A stretch of DNA of 63,315 nucleotides, the filler included, from Psammoneis japonica (lineage: Eukaryota), in the NCBI GenBank assembly GCA_008632985.1. It is 3 parts of 3 records of this genome, joined end to end, with 100 filler letters (N's around TTAATTAATTAA, not from the genome) between each part and the next. Parts side by side here need not be neighbours in the genome. Positions count along the whole stretch, not along the records: positions 22,094 to 42,675 come from QPGO01000446.1; 2 more parts are not named here. One strand, 5' to 3'. The position numbers and the translations under genes are program-made. The notes below the pieces were generated by a model. That model ran no database searches. It had not been told where the DNA came from and saw only the letters and a program-made list of their open reading frames with translations. Shown here piece by piece: positions 22,735 to 33,004 of this stretch (within the stretch, counting starts at the first letter, position 1; every line of letters starts with the position of its first letter).

Positions 22735-23598
22735 TTACTTTTCGTGGCCAATCTTGCCCGTCTCCGCCCAATCACTTTCGTCAAAGGCATCGCTGTAATT
22801 CTTCTGAATCACTTCTTCGTCGAGAGAAGCATGTGGTTCTTGCGTAATGGGAATAGTGTGCTTCGGGGGACTTTCAGGTTCACTCTTGGGAGCCTTAAGC
22901 ACGAGAATGCCCTTGTCAAAGTTGGCAGTGATATTTTCGGGATCAACATTGACACCAATCGAAAAGCGTTTGTCAAACCGCATCTCCGATACGACCCGTC
23001 CATCTTCTTCTTCTGTCTTTTGATTTCCAGAGATATGAAGAAGTGTTCCGTCGTTTTCAAGCTCGACCGTGAGATTTGAAGCGTCTAACCCCTCTGGGAC
23101 AGTGACGGAGATCTCGTACTTGCCATGATCTTCTTTGATCTCATAACCCGGCGAAGCTCGCAATAGCGTCATGGCGGGCTTGTCCATGAACGGAGAGTCG
23201 CGAAAGGCGGGCATGATATCCGTAAAGGGAAACTCACGATGCGAAAAGAAGGGTGCAAATGGATCTCGATCGAAGAAATCATCGAATCCACGAAACAAGG
23301 GACGAAAGATCGGACCATTGTATCGAACACTACTGGGAGCCCTCGTCCCGAGCCTATCGCGCACGTTGGAACCACCAACAGGTTCCTTCTTTCCGACTTC
23401 TATAGAATCACTCTCATCAAAAGCATCCGAGTACGCCTTTTGAAAGATGCTGTCATCCCGACGTTTTGGGTTGGTCGACAACAAGCGTTCTGGAATGTGT
23501 CCTGAAAGTACCGCTGCTGCAGGTCGTCCCAACGCTGTCGTAAACACCGTGGAGGGAGAGCGAGTTGATAGGTTGTAAAGACCCGAGCGAATCATCAT
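22735..23598 (-). CDS. HSP20: Small heat-shock protein (HSP20/alpha-crystallin domain), possible mitochondrial presequence
   Basis: YEIKEDHGKYEISVTVPEG..LHISG..FDKRFSI..ITANFDKGILVLKAPK..IPI; R/S-rich N-terminus. Confidence 0.9.
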   Translation of the reverse strand: MMIRSGLYNLSTRSPSTVFTTALGRPAAAVLSGHIPERLLSTNPKRRDDSIFQKAYSDAFDESDSIEVGKKEPVGGSNVRDRLGTRAPSSVRYNGPIFRPLFRGFDDFFDRDPFAPFFSHREFPFTDIMPAFRDSPFMDKPAMTLLRASPGYEIKEDHGKYEISVTVPEGLDASNLTVELENDGTLLHISGNQKTEEEDGRVVSEMRFDKRFSIGVNVDPENITANFDKGILVLKAPKSEPESPPKHTIPITQEPHASLDEEVIQKNYSDAFDESDWAETGKIGHEK

Positions 23599-24059
23599 GG
23601 TGGAAATGTTGATGTATGTCGAAAGCTTTCTTCTGAACTATGAGAAGGCGAGTCTGGAGAGCGAGCTTCACCGCAGTTCGCTTCGCACGTGTCACGACTG
23701 AGAATTCGAAAGAAATCGAAATCTAACAGTGATGGACGGTGGGCACTCTATTCTTTCTTTCGAGATCGGAATAGCCGCAACTCGAGAAAAGTCTCATGGC
23801 TCTTTCAAAGTAAGCTAGCACCACGTGTTGCCATGGTCACTACTTACGTCTGTGAGGCCGAAACGGAGAAGAGTCGCATGTCTCATGCTGTGTTGTTTGA
23901 CATCATGGTGGGAAAATCCAAAAATCCAGGAGAAACGATCATTCTATCTACGGATTGATGATTCCGGATTCCTGTTCCATCACCGCAGCGAACAGCGCGT
24001 GGAATTTGCTCCCAACAACCACAAACTGAATCCTCATTGACACCCTCAAGCATTCTTAC

Positions 24060-27000
24060 ACAACTGTCACCATGGGCGACAACAGTGGCTGTGTGCTCCA
24101 CAGTTGCTGTTAAGGGCTGATGTTGGCAGAGATCCAAAACAAACGACAGAGGCTGAGTGTGTGTCCTCTGGCGCACACTCGTGTTTTTTTTTTTCAACAG
24201 CACAGCAGCAAGACACACCACATGCATGTGCTGCTGCTGCCACCCAAGAACCCAGCACAGTGAGAAGCTCAGAGTGATGAATTGAAACCCAGATGGCCCA
24301 GCTGAGCCACAGAGAATCAACACAAAGCATTCTTCCTGGCCCCTGCAGCACCATCTCCTCGGCGCGGCACAAAACCCAGCAGAGCTCAGTGGCTCAGCAT
24401 GATGTGGGCTCCTGGCACAAAAATTCAACCATTGCATGTGCCACGCACCATGCCACGACACACACAGTCTGTTTCCACAAGTGCAGCTCCTTTTGCATGT
24501 GAGGATGCAACAAATTGTTTGCAAGAAATCCCCTGTTGTTGCTTTGTTGTTGTTTGCTGTGCACACTGGGCCACACACACAATGCAGCACACTCTCCTGC
24601 TTTTGCATGCACTTTGTCAGGAGGGAGATTCCATTGTCTTCCATCACACACCACTGCCATGTCAAAGGAGTGGCAATGACAACTGACAAACACAGCTCCA
24701 TGATGATTGTGCTCAGCCTCCCCATCCTCAATGTGCCTCTTGCTTGCGCCATTGGCCCTCTCCACAAAAAACCAAAAAAGTGCCGACTGAAGAGCCAGCA
24801 TGTTGCCAAATGGGTGGGGACTGCTTGTGCCCTTGAACACTGCATGGGGTTGCCCACATCATCCAAATCATTTTGAACAATCAACTCTTCCATTGGAGTT
24901 GTTGGGGTGCCGGCATCACGCATCACCCTCGCTCTTCTTGTGATTTCCTCCACTGCTGCTGCTGCTGCCTGCCACTCTTGACCCCCATCCTTTGTTGTCA
25001 GAGCTGTTTTTGTCAAAGAGCTGCCCTTGTTGCTCTTGTCTGGGCAGCATGCTCTGACACCCTGACTGAATTCCAAAATGTGCTCCTTGTGTTTCTGAGG
25101 TTGCTTGCCATCTGTCCATGGCACTCCCACTCACATCTTTGTGGGCAGACCCAACAACACCTCCTGGCACACCTCAGCTGGGCATTTTCCATGCTTCTGC
25201 ACTTGAAATGTTTGCCAACAACTTGCTGGGCTTTGTTGTCACACAGAAAAATGAGATTGACTGCACCCTGCTTTGTGCATCTTTTTTGGACCCACCTTTT
25301 TCAACCCAACAGTTTGGCTTGCAAAGTCTGGAAGCAGAAACCACTTTCAGGGAGGCACTGCCTGACGTGCACTGGAGGGCACTTGTTGAATTTGAAAAAA
25401 GCCAGGGCCTCTTGGCCACCATTGTCCCAGCACTGGCACAATTTTCTTGTGATGCTCTGCATTCTGCAGATGTCTTCTTGTTTTGCACATTTGCACATGG
25501 GCCTGGCTTGGATTGAGAAAGACACACAACAGCAAACATGAGAGTTGCCCCAATCAAATTTGCTGCCATCATTGCATTCCAAGAGAGTGAGTGTGCCAAT
25601 TTTCAAACACTTTGCCAGAGAACCAGAAATGCATGTTGCTTGCTCACAGCACCGCAAGAACAGCCTTGTGGTGTTGGCAAATGGGTGGGGCAGACACCTG
25701 ACATGGTGGTGTTCTTTGATCAAATTTTGGAACAGAGGGCAAGTCTCTGGCACTGAGTGGCAATCTGAAATCAAGGGTGGTGTGGCACAGCCTTCAATGT
25801 TGACAAAGTTCAATGAATGACAGCACAAGAATTTTGTGAGAGTGCATTCACATGAAGTGTCATGACACATTGTGCACAAAATCAGTCATTTGTGCAATGA
25901 GCATGCATGAGCAACAACCACCAGTTGTTTTTGGAAAGATCATCATGCCAGGTTGCATTTAGCCTCAGCTGTTGGGACTCAAAAAACATCTGACAGACTC
26001 ACCTTGATTGGGCACTGAAAATGCACACATTTGGAACTTTTCCTGGCAAGACACCAGTGCCTCCTCTTCCAACAAGATCAGCCAGTGCACCTCAACTGGG
26101 TGGCACCCATGCCTGCACGTTTGCTTTCGGAACCTTGGGCAACACAAAAAGCACCCACCCTTCTTCCTTCTTCCAGAACTTCTCTTCATTGAGCATCAGG
26201 AGGCACTTGCTGTTTTTCCAGTGGCAGCCCCCCTTTTTTATTTGCACTTGACCTCTCAGAGCAACAAGAGTGCACCCCTTGAAGCTGGCCCTTTTGGTTC
26301 AGGAAAAAGACAATCTGAAATTTCCAGAAGAAGCCACCTGACAGTCAACAAGCTCCAAACACAGTGTTGGACAAATCTCTCATGTTTTTCCTTGCTGAGC
26401 ACATGATCCTCATCCTTTTTAAGTGTGCACTTCTTCTTTCCTTGTTTGTTGGACATTTTTCAAGTGCTTTTGCTGCTGGGGCAAAGCAGCACATGCCAGA
26501 AAGATTGAAGACAAAGGCATGGCATCACATGGAGCAGCAGGACAAGAAGAAGCCCAGCCAAGGCAACTTCATGGGGTGCAAATCTCCTTGGTGGTTTCCA
26601 CACCTGCTCTGACTTTTGCAAGCTGTCAATGACTTGTTTCACCCTCCATTGGAAAAGCAGCAGGCACCCTTGACAATGGCTTGAGGTGTGGGAGCTGGTG
26701 TTTTGACATCTTCAGCAGGGCAAGAAGTTGCCCACTTAAGATTGCTTTAGACACAATCTCCTTGGTGGTTTCCATGCCTGCTTTGACTTTTGCAAACTGT
26801 CAGCAAGTTGCATTTTCCATTGGAGAAACAGAGCAGGTGCCCTTGCCAATGGCTTGAGGTGATGTGGGAGCTGGAGCTTTTTGCCTTTGATGTCTTCAGC
26901 AGGTGGCGGGGCATGTGGGAAGTTGTGAATTTTCTGGCAAAAGGCTTTCTCCACCTTGCCAGTGCCAGCAACCCCCTGTCTCAGATTGTGACAACAGCTT

Positions 27001-27945
27001 TGTCAGGGGCTGAATTTGGGGTTGCCAAAGGACATCAGTCTTTTCATCAGTGCGCATTTGATGCCAAAATGCTCCAACAGACATTTTGGGCTGTCACCAC
27101 ATGACCGCTGCACAAGGAGGCACAGGCACAAGAAATGACTCTTGGGTGTGGCAAGCCCCACCAGCCATCGGAGTGAGCTTTTCATCCAAACATTTTGTCT
27201 CATCACCCCACATCAGAGTGGGGAATGATTCATCCGGGGGGCAATCGAATGATTTGGTCTGCCGTTGATTTTTAATTTGGAGCTCGGCCGCATTGTGATG
27301 AATGAAGCAAGACACCCACATGCTCAATTTTTAATTTGGTTCCTTCATTGACAATGTGGGTCAATCATGGACAATTCTGCTGCTGTTTCATTTTGCGCTC
27401 ACCCTCCCCCAATGCATTGGTGTTTTCTGCTCTTCATTTTTAATGCACCCCTTTGATCGGAGGTTCCATTTGTTTTCAATTTTCTGTCACACACCCACTG
27501 GAGTTGGAGAAGTCCTTCTCTGACCTGCCCAAATGTTTTGAATGCTTTGGGAATGAGCTCACACCAGCTGGCTTCACTGGAGCAGAGGACAGAGAGACAC
27601 CACTGGACTGTTTTGGTCAGATTTGTGTGTCGGGATGATTGCAGAAAGTTCCAACTCCTTTGAAAACACTCATTTTTGCACTTTGACTTCTTTTTTTCAA
27701 AGCAACATGGCAGGAATCTGTGCAGCAGACCCCCTTGCAAAAACACGTGATTTGAGCACTTGCCATCCAGACCAACAAACGTGCCACAGCACTCTAAAGG
27801 GGGCACTCATCTCAAGATGCAACAGAAACACACCCAGGGTGATGGCAACAAGCTCCAGGCACCTGACTCATTGGTGTGACATGGAGTGAGACGCAGTGCA
27901 GGAGAGGGCATTGGTGCAGCACAGGAGCATGAGAGGGTGTTGGCG
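24060..27945. mobile_element. Intergenic ~3.9-kb repeat relic, strongly TpA- and CpG-depleted, family unidentified
   Basis: Abrupt compositional change; ORFs almost Tyr-free and Cys/His-rich; ~174-bp degenerate duplication at 26581/26755. Confidence 0.65.
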
Positions 27946-28299
27946 GTAGAGCAGTGCAGCCATCTAACAGAAAGTTCCTGTGCCTTCGAAAACCCCATTA
28001 TTGCACTTTATGATTCCTTCGTTTCGAAGCAGTGCGGCCACGCGAATCGATGCAGCAACAGGCTCCGCTGCATGCCTGCTTGGAGCAAGCGACATTAGGA
28101 CCGGCCCACGTGCCACAGTAGAGCGAATTACAATCTTCTGAAGTCACTTCGCGACATCCATGGAAGAAGCAACATGCACCCTATGGACTCGGCGCACCGG
28201 CAGGATTTGGAGAGATTGCCGTTTCATCTTGACTCGAACAGCAAGTTGTAGCCCTACCATGCAGTGAACTACAGTGAACTAGAGTATGGTTCTTTAATT

Positions 28300-29727
28300 C
28301 TACATTATCCTGCAGTTCTCGTAGTTGCTCTTCGTTGGTTCCAGTGCATCAATGCTTGCGTGGTACGAAGCAGTAAAGTGGTCAGACACCATGCGTTCGT
28401 CCATCTCGATCAGTCGCAACACGGACGACATTCCGTTCGTCATGGAGCTTCCAATGAGCAGGTTTTTCTTTCTTTCTTCCTCTGAAGCTTTGTCACCATT
28501 CTCCTTCTTGGCCTGATCCTTCCAGTTTTCATACAACACCATGACTCTGCCTGGAATACAAAGATTGTCCGAGCAATCCACCTTGACTTCCGCTTGCGCA
28601 GCTAGAATCACTTCGCGTGCTTCGTCTGCCGACATTAACATGTCGGATTGATCCGTGGTGAGCCTCTTAAAGACAGACACGAAGCTTCCAAAACTGTCCT
28701 GGCGATTGATTATTTTCTTCTCTTCCATTTTGTCATGAACCTTTCCGAGACACTCCACGAGAACTTCCAAATTACCCATGCTACAACGAGGAATCACGTC
28801 CGAGTTGTTTACAATGGTTCGTGTCCATGGAGCACACGCCAGAGCAGACTGGCTGTCCATTACGGGAGGTGATGCGAATGCAATTACATTCAAACGGCCC
28901 TGCACCTGCAGGGCTGGAACACGCGAACGAAGTATGGGCGCCACCAAACAGGCGGCTCCGGCCCCAAGGCTATGGCCACATATGAGTATTTTATACTCAA
29001 GCGGAGCAAACAAGTGTTCCATCCACGGCTGAAGAATATCTGCAAGTGCAACCGAGCTCTTGAGTATGCCTTCGTGACAATGCATCTCCGTCTTACCGTT
29101 CTCGACAAAGGGTCGGTCGAGCTTGTGAGTCACCGAGAGGGCGCATACATCCGTCATGAGATCTTCAAAATTGGAGCTACCCTTGATACCAACAAGCGCT
29201 CTCTTTTCGTCTGAATTAATGGCAATATAGTGACCTACATATCCAACCTCTTTCTTTAAATCGTGGTGCAACAACGTGTACTTCTCACTCGCTAAATGCT
29301 CCTTGAGGACTGACGTTTCGACATCATAAGCCCAGTCTGAAAAGTTTAATGCCCTTTTCAACCCCTCAGCATCTGTATTGTCGTGATGGGAATGGATAGT
29401 TAGTACGCTATGGTAGTCAATTCGGTCTCACTGTCGCTTTTATCAGCGCGTTCAGAGACCTATGCTCAACCTACCTTTTGACGTTGCCGAAGGCCCCGCG
29501 TTCATGAATGCATTGTCACGAACCTCAGCTTCCATTTCTTTGATTTGACCGATAAGCTGAATATATGCCAAGAGCGACAGATGCAACTTTTTCTTTTGTT
29601 CCTCGTCGGGCGTCCTCGATTTCATCTTGGCATCCGCAACCTCCAAAAGTTTCTTCAGCTTGTCGCCGAGAACCTTGATGTCGGAGAGAGACTCATCCTT
29701 GTCTGGCTCTTCATTGAGACCAGGCAT
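28300..29727 (-). CDS. Class-3 lipase (alpha/beta hydrolase); exons 29727-29475 and 29372-28300
   Basis: GIKGSSNFED, CHEGIL, GHSLGAG nucleophile motif, FASPP, DVIPR, SDH; GT-AG intron 29474-29373 keeps frame. Confidence 0.88.
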
Positions 29728-30136
29728 TCTTATCTCGAACTATGAATGGCTCTAAGAACGCTGTTACTTCTCGGAACTTATCCTTTGTTGGCTTTGAAAA
29801 CACAACGTTCAGTAACAAGCACAACAACAAGAAGTGCTCTTCTGCAACCAATGCCAGAAAAAAAATTGCGATCTTCGCGCGTCCTTCCGTCGCCGGTGCA
29901 CGATTCTTCTGCCGATTTTGTCTCGTCCGACTAAAAATCATCAATGACGTCAGCACGATCTTCCCTTCGATCGTCCGTCGTCCGTATGGCAGCAACTTTT
30001 TCTGTTTTCATTTTTTCGAAGACGCCATGGCTGCGGAGTGAGGAACTATCATATTCATTGATTGTCTGTTTAAGTTAGCCACCCTCTTTATGCTGATCAC
30101 AATAAGGGATAGCTAGATTGGAATCTCTTGACAGAA

Positions 30137-32899
30137 ATGCAGTCTTCAAGTTCGTTGAGCAGCGTTGATGGAGATGATATATTCCAAAACGTGCCGCCGC
30201 CACCACCTCCTCCATCTCGGGATACAGATGCTCCAAGAACGCAAATCAGTAGCTTGGACTTTGAACGGGTTGTGAATGAATACTCGATTCAAGCGACACG
30301 AGACCGTCTACTAATCTCTCCAGAAGAACAACAGGTCGACTATAAGAATGGATACGGTACTATTTCGTCAAGAGAAACAGAAGATGATCTTGTTTGGAAG
30401 AAGCGACCAAAAACAAACATTCTTGGATACACTGGGAGAACTGCAACTCGCTGGGCCTTGTCGGCCTTGGCGGGTTTAATGACTGGTTTGACTGCGATTC
30501 TCATTGTCAGCGCTTCAGAAGAATTGATTTCATTACGAATCTATCAACTCAATGTTATGGCGAAGGATCGGAATTTCTCCAACGTGAAAGAGTATGTTCT
30601 TTTTGCAGTCATTAACTTGGTACTGGCCTTGGTCTCATGCCTGCTATGTGTCGGATGGGTTCCGGAAGGAGCTGGTTCGGGTATACCTGAAGTCAAGGCT
30701 TACTTGAACGGAGTGCGAGTCAAACGCTTTTCGAGTCTCCCTCTCTTTATCGTCAAAATTGTCGGAACAGTTCTAAGTGTATCGTCTTCATTGGCGATTG
30801 GCATGGAGGGTCCTCTTGTACACATTGGAGCCATTGTCGGTGCCATGTGTACAAAGATATCTGGAATCTTGTCACGACTCCTCACAAGAGGACCACAGTG
30901 CAGAGCTACTTCCTCTTGTTGCCTTCGGGAACGTTGGCTGCACAGTTTATGGGCTTGGACAACGACGGACTTGTCTCATTTTGCCACAGATGCCGAACGA
31001 CGAGATCTCGTAAGCATTGGAGCATCTTGTGGTTTTGCCGCATCCTTTGGAGCGCCCATTGGAGGATTGTTGTTTGTTCTCGATGACATTTCAAGCTACT
31101 TTTCCAAAAACATGTTTCTCAGAACGTTGGTCGCCAATGCAATTGGCACGTTTTGTTTGGCGGTGCATCATGGTGATTTGTCGGACTACAGCGTTATCAA
31201 TTTGGGAACCTTTAGTTCACCTAACGGCAATATTTTCTTCAATCGCTTTGAAGAGGTTCCTCTCTACGTTTTGATTGGTATCATTGGAGGAGCCATGGGT
31301 GGCGTATTTTGCTATTGCTTTCGGTTCTTGAAAAAGCACATTTCGAGTCGGCAATTCCGTGGTGCCAAAGGAAAACTTGTGGAAGTGGCCATTCTAAGTC
31401 TTGTCACGTCTTCGCTCCTGTTTGGTCTGCCTTGCATGGGATGGCCGTGTAAGAACGTGGAGGGCAGCGAGATGCATATGGAGAGCGATATAACAAAACG
31501 CCAGTTCTTTTGCGAAGAGGGAGAAATCAATGAGCTGGCGTTTATCCTTTTGGGATCCCGCGATGTTGCCATTAAACGAATCTTGACCGATCCTTCTCAA
31601 TTTCAAATCAAGACGTTGATGACTGTTGGTATTCTTTTCTTCTTCTTGATGACGTTGACATTTGGAACGTGTTTGCCTTCTGGCGTCTTTATGCCCACGG
31701 TTCTAATCGGCGCATCGTTGGGTGGTGCCGCTGGGCTCTCTTTTCAAGACTTCATTGATCCCGAAATTACGCCGGCAACTTTCGCTTTACTGGGAGTGGC
31801 CGCGCTTCTCACAGGCGTGCAGCGTTCTACTGTCAGCCTTTGCGTCATACTGGTGGAAGGAACGGGTCAGATAAAAGTACTGATTCCTGTAATTATCACA
31901 GTCATTGTGGCACGATACGTCGCTCAGCTGATCCATGCGGAGGGAATCTATGAGACAGCCATGGAGCTTAAAGGATACCCATACCTAACGCACGAAGAGC
32001 AGAAACGTTATGACATTGTCCAAGTGCAGGACATAATGAGTGAGCCAGTGCGCACCATCGGCCCTACAGAGCGAGCTCAGAAGCTTGTACACTTGTTGAA
32101 CCACTCAACACACCATGGATTTCCCGTGGTTGACCCAAGTACCAACGCCTTTCTTGGTTTGATTCGTCGAGATCAAATTGCTGCCCTGCTTGAATGCGGC
32201 ATATTTGAATCACCCGACGACGACGAAACATCTAGCAGTGGTAGCATGCGTCCCAGCCCATCGTGGACTCCATCACCTGGAGTTGGCAAGAGCCCAATGA
32301 TGCATTGGGCATATCATATCAAGGACGACCGTTATGACTACGTCAGACGAGCCTCAGCCATCATGGAAGAGTCCGATGAATTTGACGACCATGCCTGGCT
32401 CCTTTCTATGCGCACCAACTTGGATTCATTGCCAGCTTTGAATGTAACCGGTATGGACGATTCTGAGTCGAAATTCTCCGTGATTGGCGACGACTCCCTC
32501 CCCCCTCTTCCAGCTGCAAATCTGCTTCAAGCAGTTCAGAGTAGGTCCACCAAAAATGTTCATGGAGGAAAAGCGTTGTCGCGCGGATCCTCTCGATCTT
32601 CTTCACACTCGGCACCCACAGGCTATGCCACTGTTGGCATCAACGACTCCGGCACTCTCGTTATCCCATGGCTTAATCCTGACTACCGCAGACATAGGGT
32701 TAACGTGTCGTCGGTAATGAATCGTGGCACGTACTGTGTAACAGAGTTTTGTCCTGTCTCCAAGGCGCATTCTCTTTTTGCTTTGCTCGGATTGCGACAT
32801 GCCGTTGTCCTTGGCCCATCAGGCACAGTTGTTGGAATACTGACGCGGGCTAACTTTCAGAGTGGTCACATTCGGAAACGCACTGGCATGGAAGTTTAA
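30137..32899 (+). CDS. CLC-family chloride channel/transporter with two CBS domains (CLC-6/7-like)
   Basis: GSGIPE, GMEGP, FGAPIGG, GVFMP, GIYE, HHGFPVV, LGLRH..VVGILTR. Confidence 0.95.
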   Translation: MQSSSSLSSVDGDDIFQNVPPPPPPPSRDTDAPRTQISSLDFERVVNEYSIQATRDRLLISPEEQQVDYKNGYGTISSRETEDDLVWKKRPKTNILGYTGRTATRWALSALAGLMTGLTAILIVSASEELISLRIYQLNVMAKDRNFSNVKEYVLFAVINLVLALVSCLLCVGWVPEGAGSGIPEVKAYLNGVRVKRFSSLPLFIVKIVGTVLSVSSSLAIGMEGPLVHIGAIVGAMCTKISGILSRLLTRGPQCRATSSCCLRERWLHSLWAWTTTDLSHFATDAERRDLVSIGASCGFAASFGAPIGGLLFVLDDISSYFSKNMFLRTLVANAIGTFCLAVHHGDLSDYSVINLGTFSSPNGNIFFNRFEEVPLYVLIGIIGGAMGGVFCYCFRFLKKHISSRQFRGAKGKLVEVAILSLVTSSLLFGLPCMGWPCKNVEGSEMHMESDITKRQFFCEEGEINELAFILLGSRDVAIKRILTDPSQFQIKTLMTVGILFFFLMTLTFGTCLPSGVFMPTVLIGASLGGAAGLSFQDFIDPEITPATFALLGVAALLTGVQRSTVSLCVILVEGTGQIKVLIPVIITVIVARYVAQLIHAEGIYETAMELKGYPYLTHEEQKRYDIVQVQDIMSEPVRTIGPTERAQKLVHLLNHSTHHGFPVVDPSTNAFLGLIRRDQIAALLECGIFESPDDDETSSSGSMRPSPSWTPSPGVGKSPMMHWAYHIKDDRYDYVRRASAIMEESDEFDDHAWLLSMRTNLDSLPALNVTGMDDSESKFSVIGDDSLPPLPAANLLQAVQSRSTKNVHGGKALSRGSSRSSSHSAPTGYATVGINDSGTLVIPWLNPDYRRHRVNVSSVMNRGTYCVTEFCPVSKAHSLFALLGLRHAVVLGPSGTVVGILTRANFQSGHIRKRTGMEV

Positions 32900-33004
32900 C
32901 TTGTCTGGCCGCGGCAGTTCAGACCGCAATTTTGAGGTGGTTATCGTCGCCTTCTTTGCACTGTATTACTGGACAGTCTGCGTCTTATTTGCCTTATTCT
33001 ACTG

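Noticed and set aside
23690..23800. Heat-shock elements upstream of the sHSP
   Set aside because: GAA/TTC-rich, but I found no clean three-unit nGAAn inverted array.
16894..27945. Dense overlapping Cys/His-rich ORFs suggesting metal-binding proteins or an alternative genetic code
   Set aside because: Loss of TpA removes TAA/TAG stops and turns Tyr into Cys/His, inflating ORFs. Neighbouring real genes use Tyr and TAA/TAG normally.
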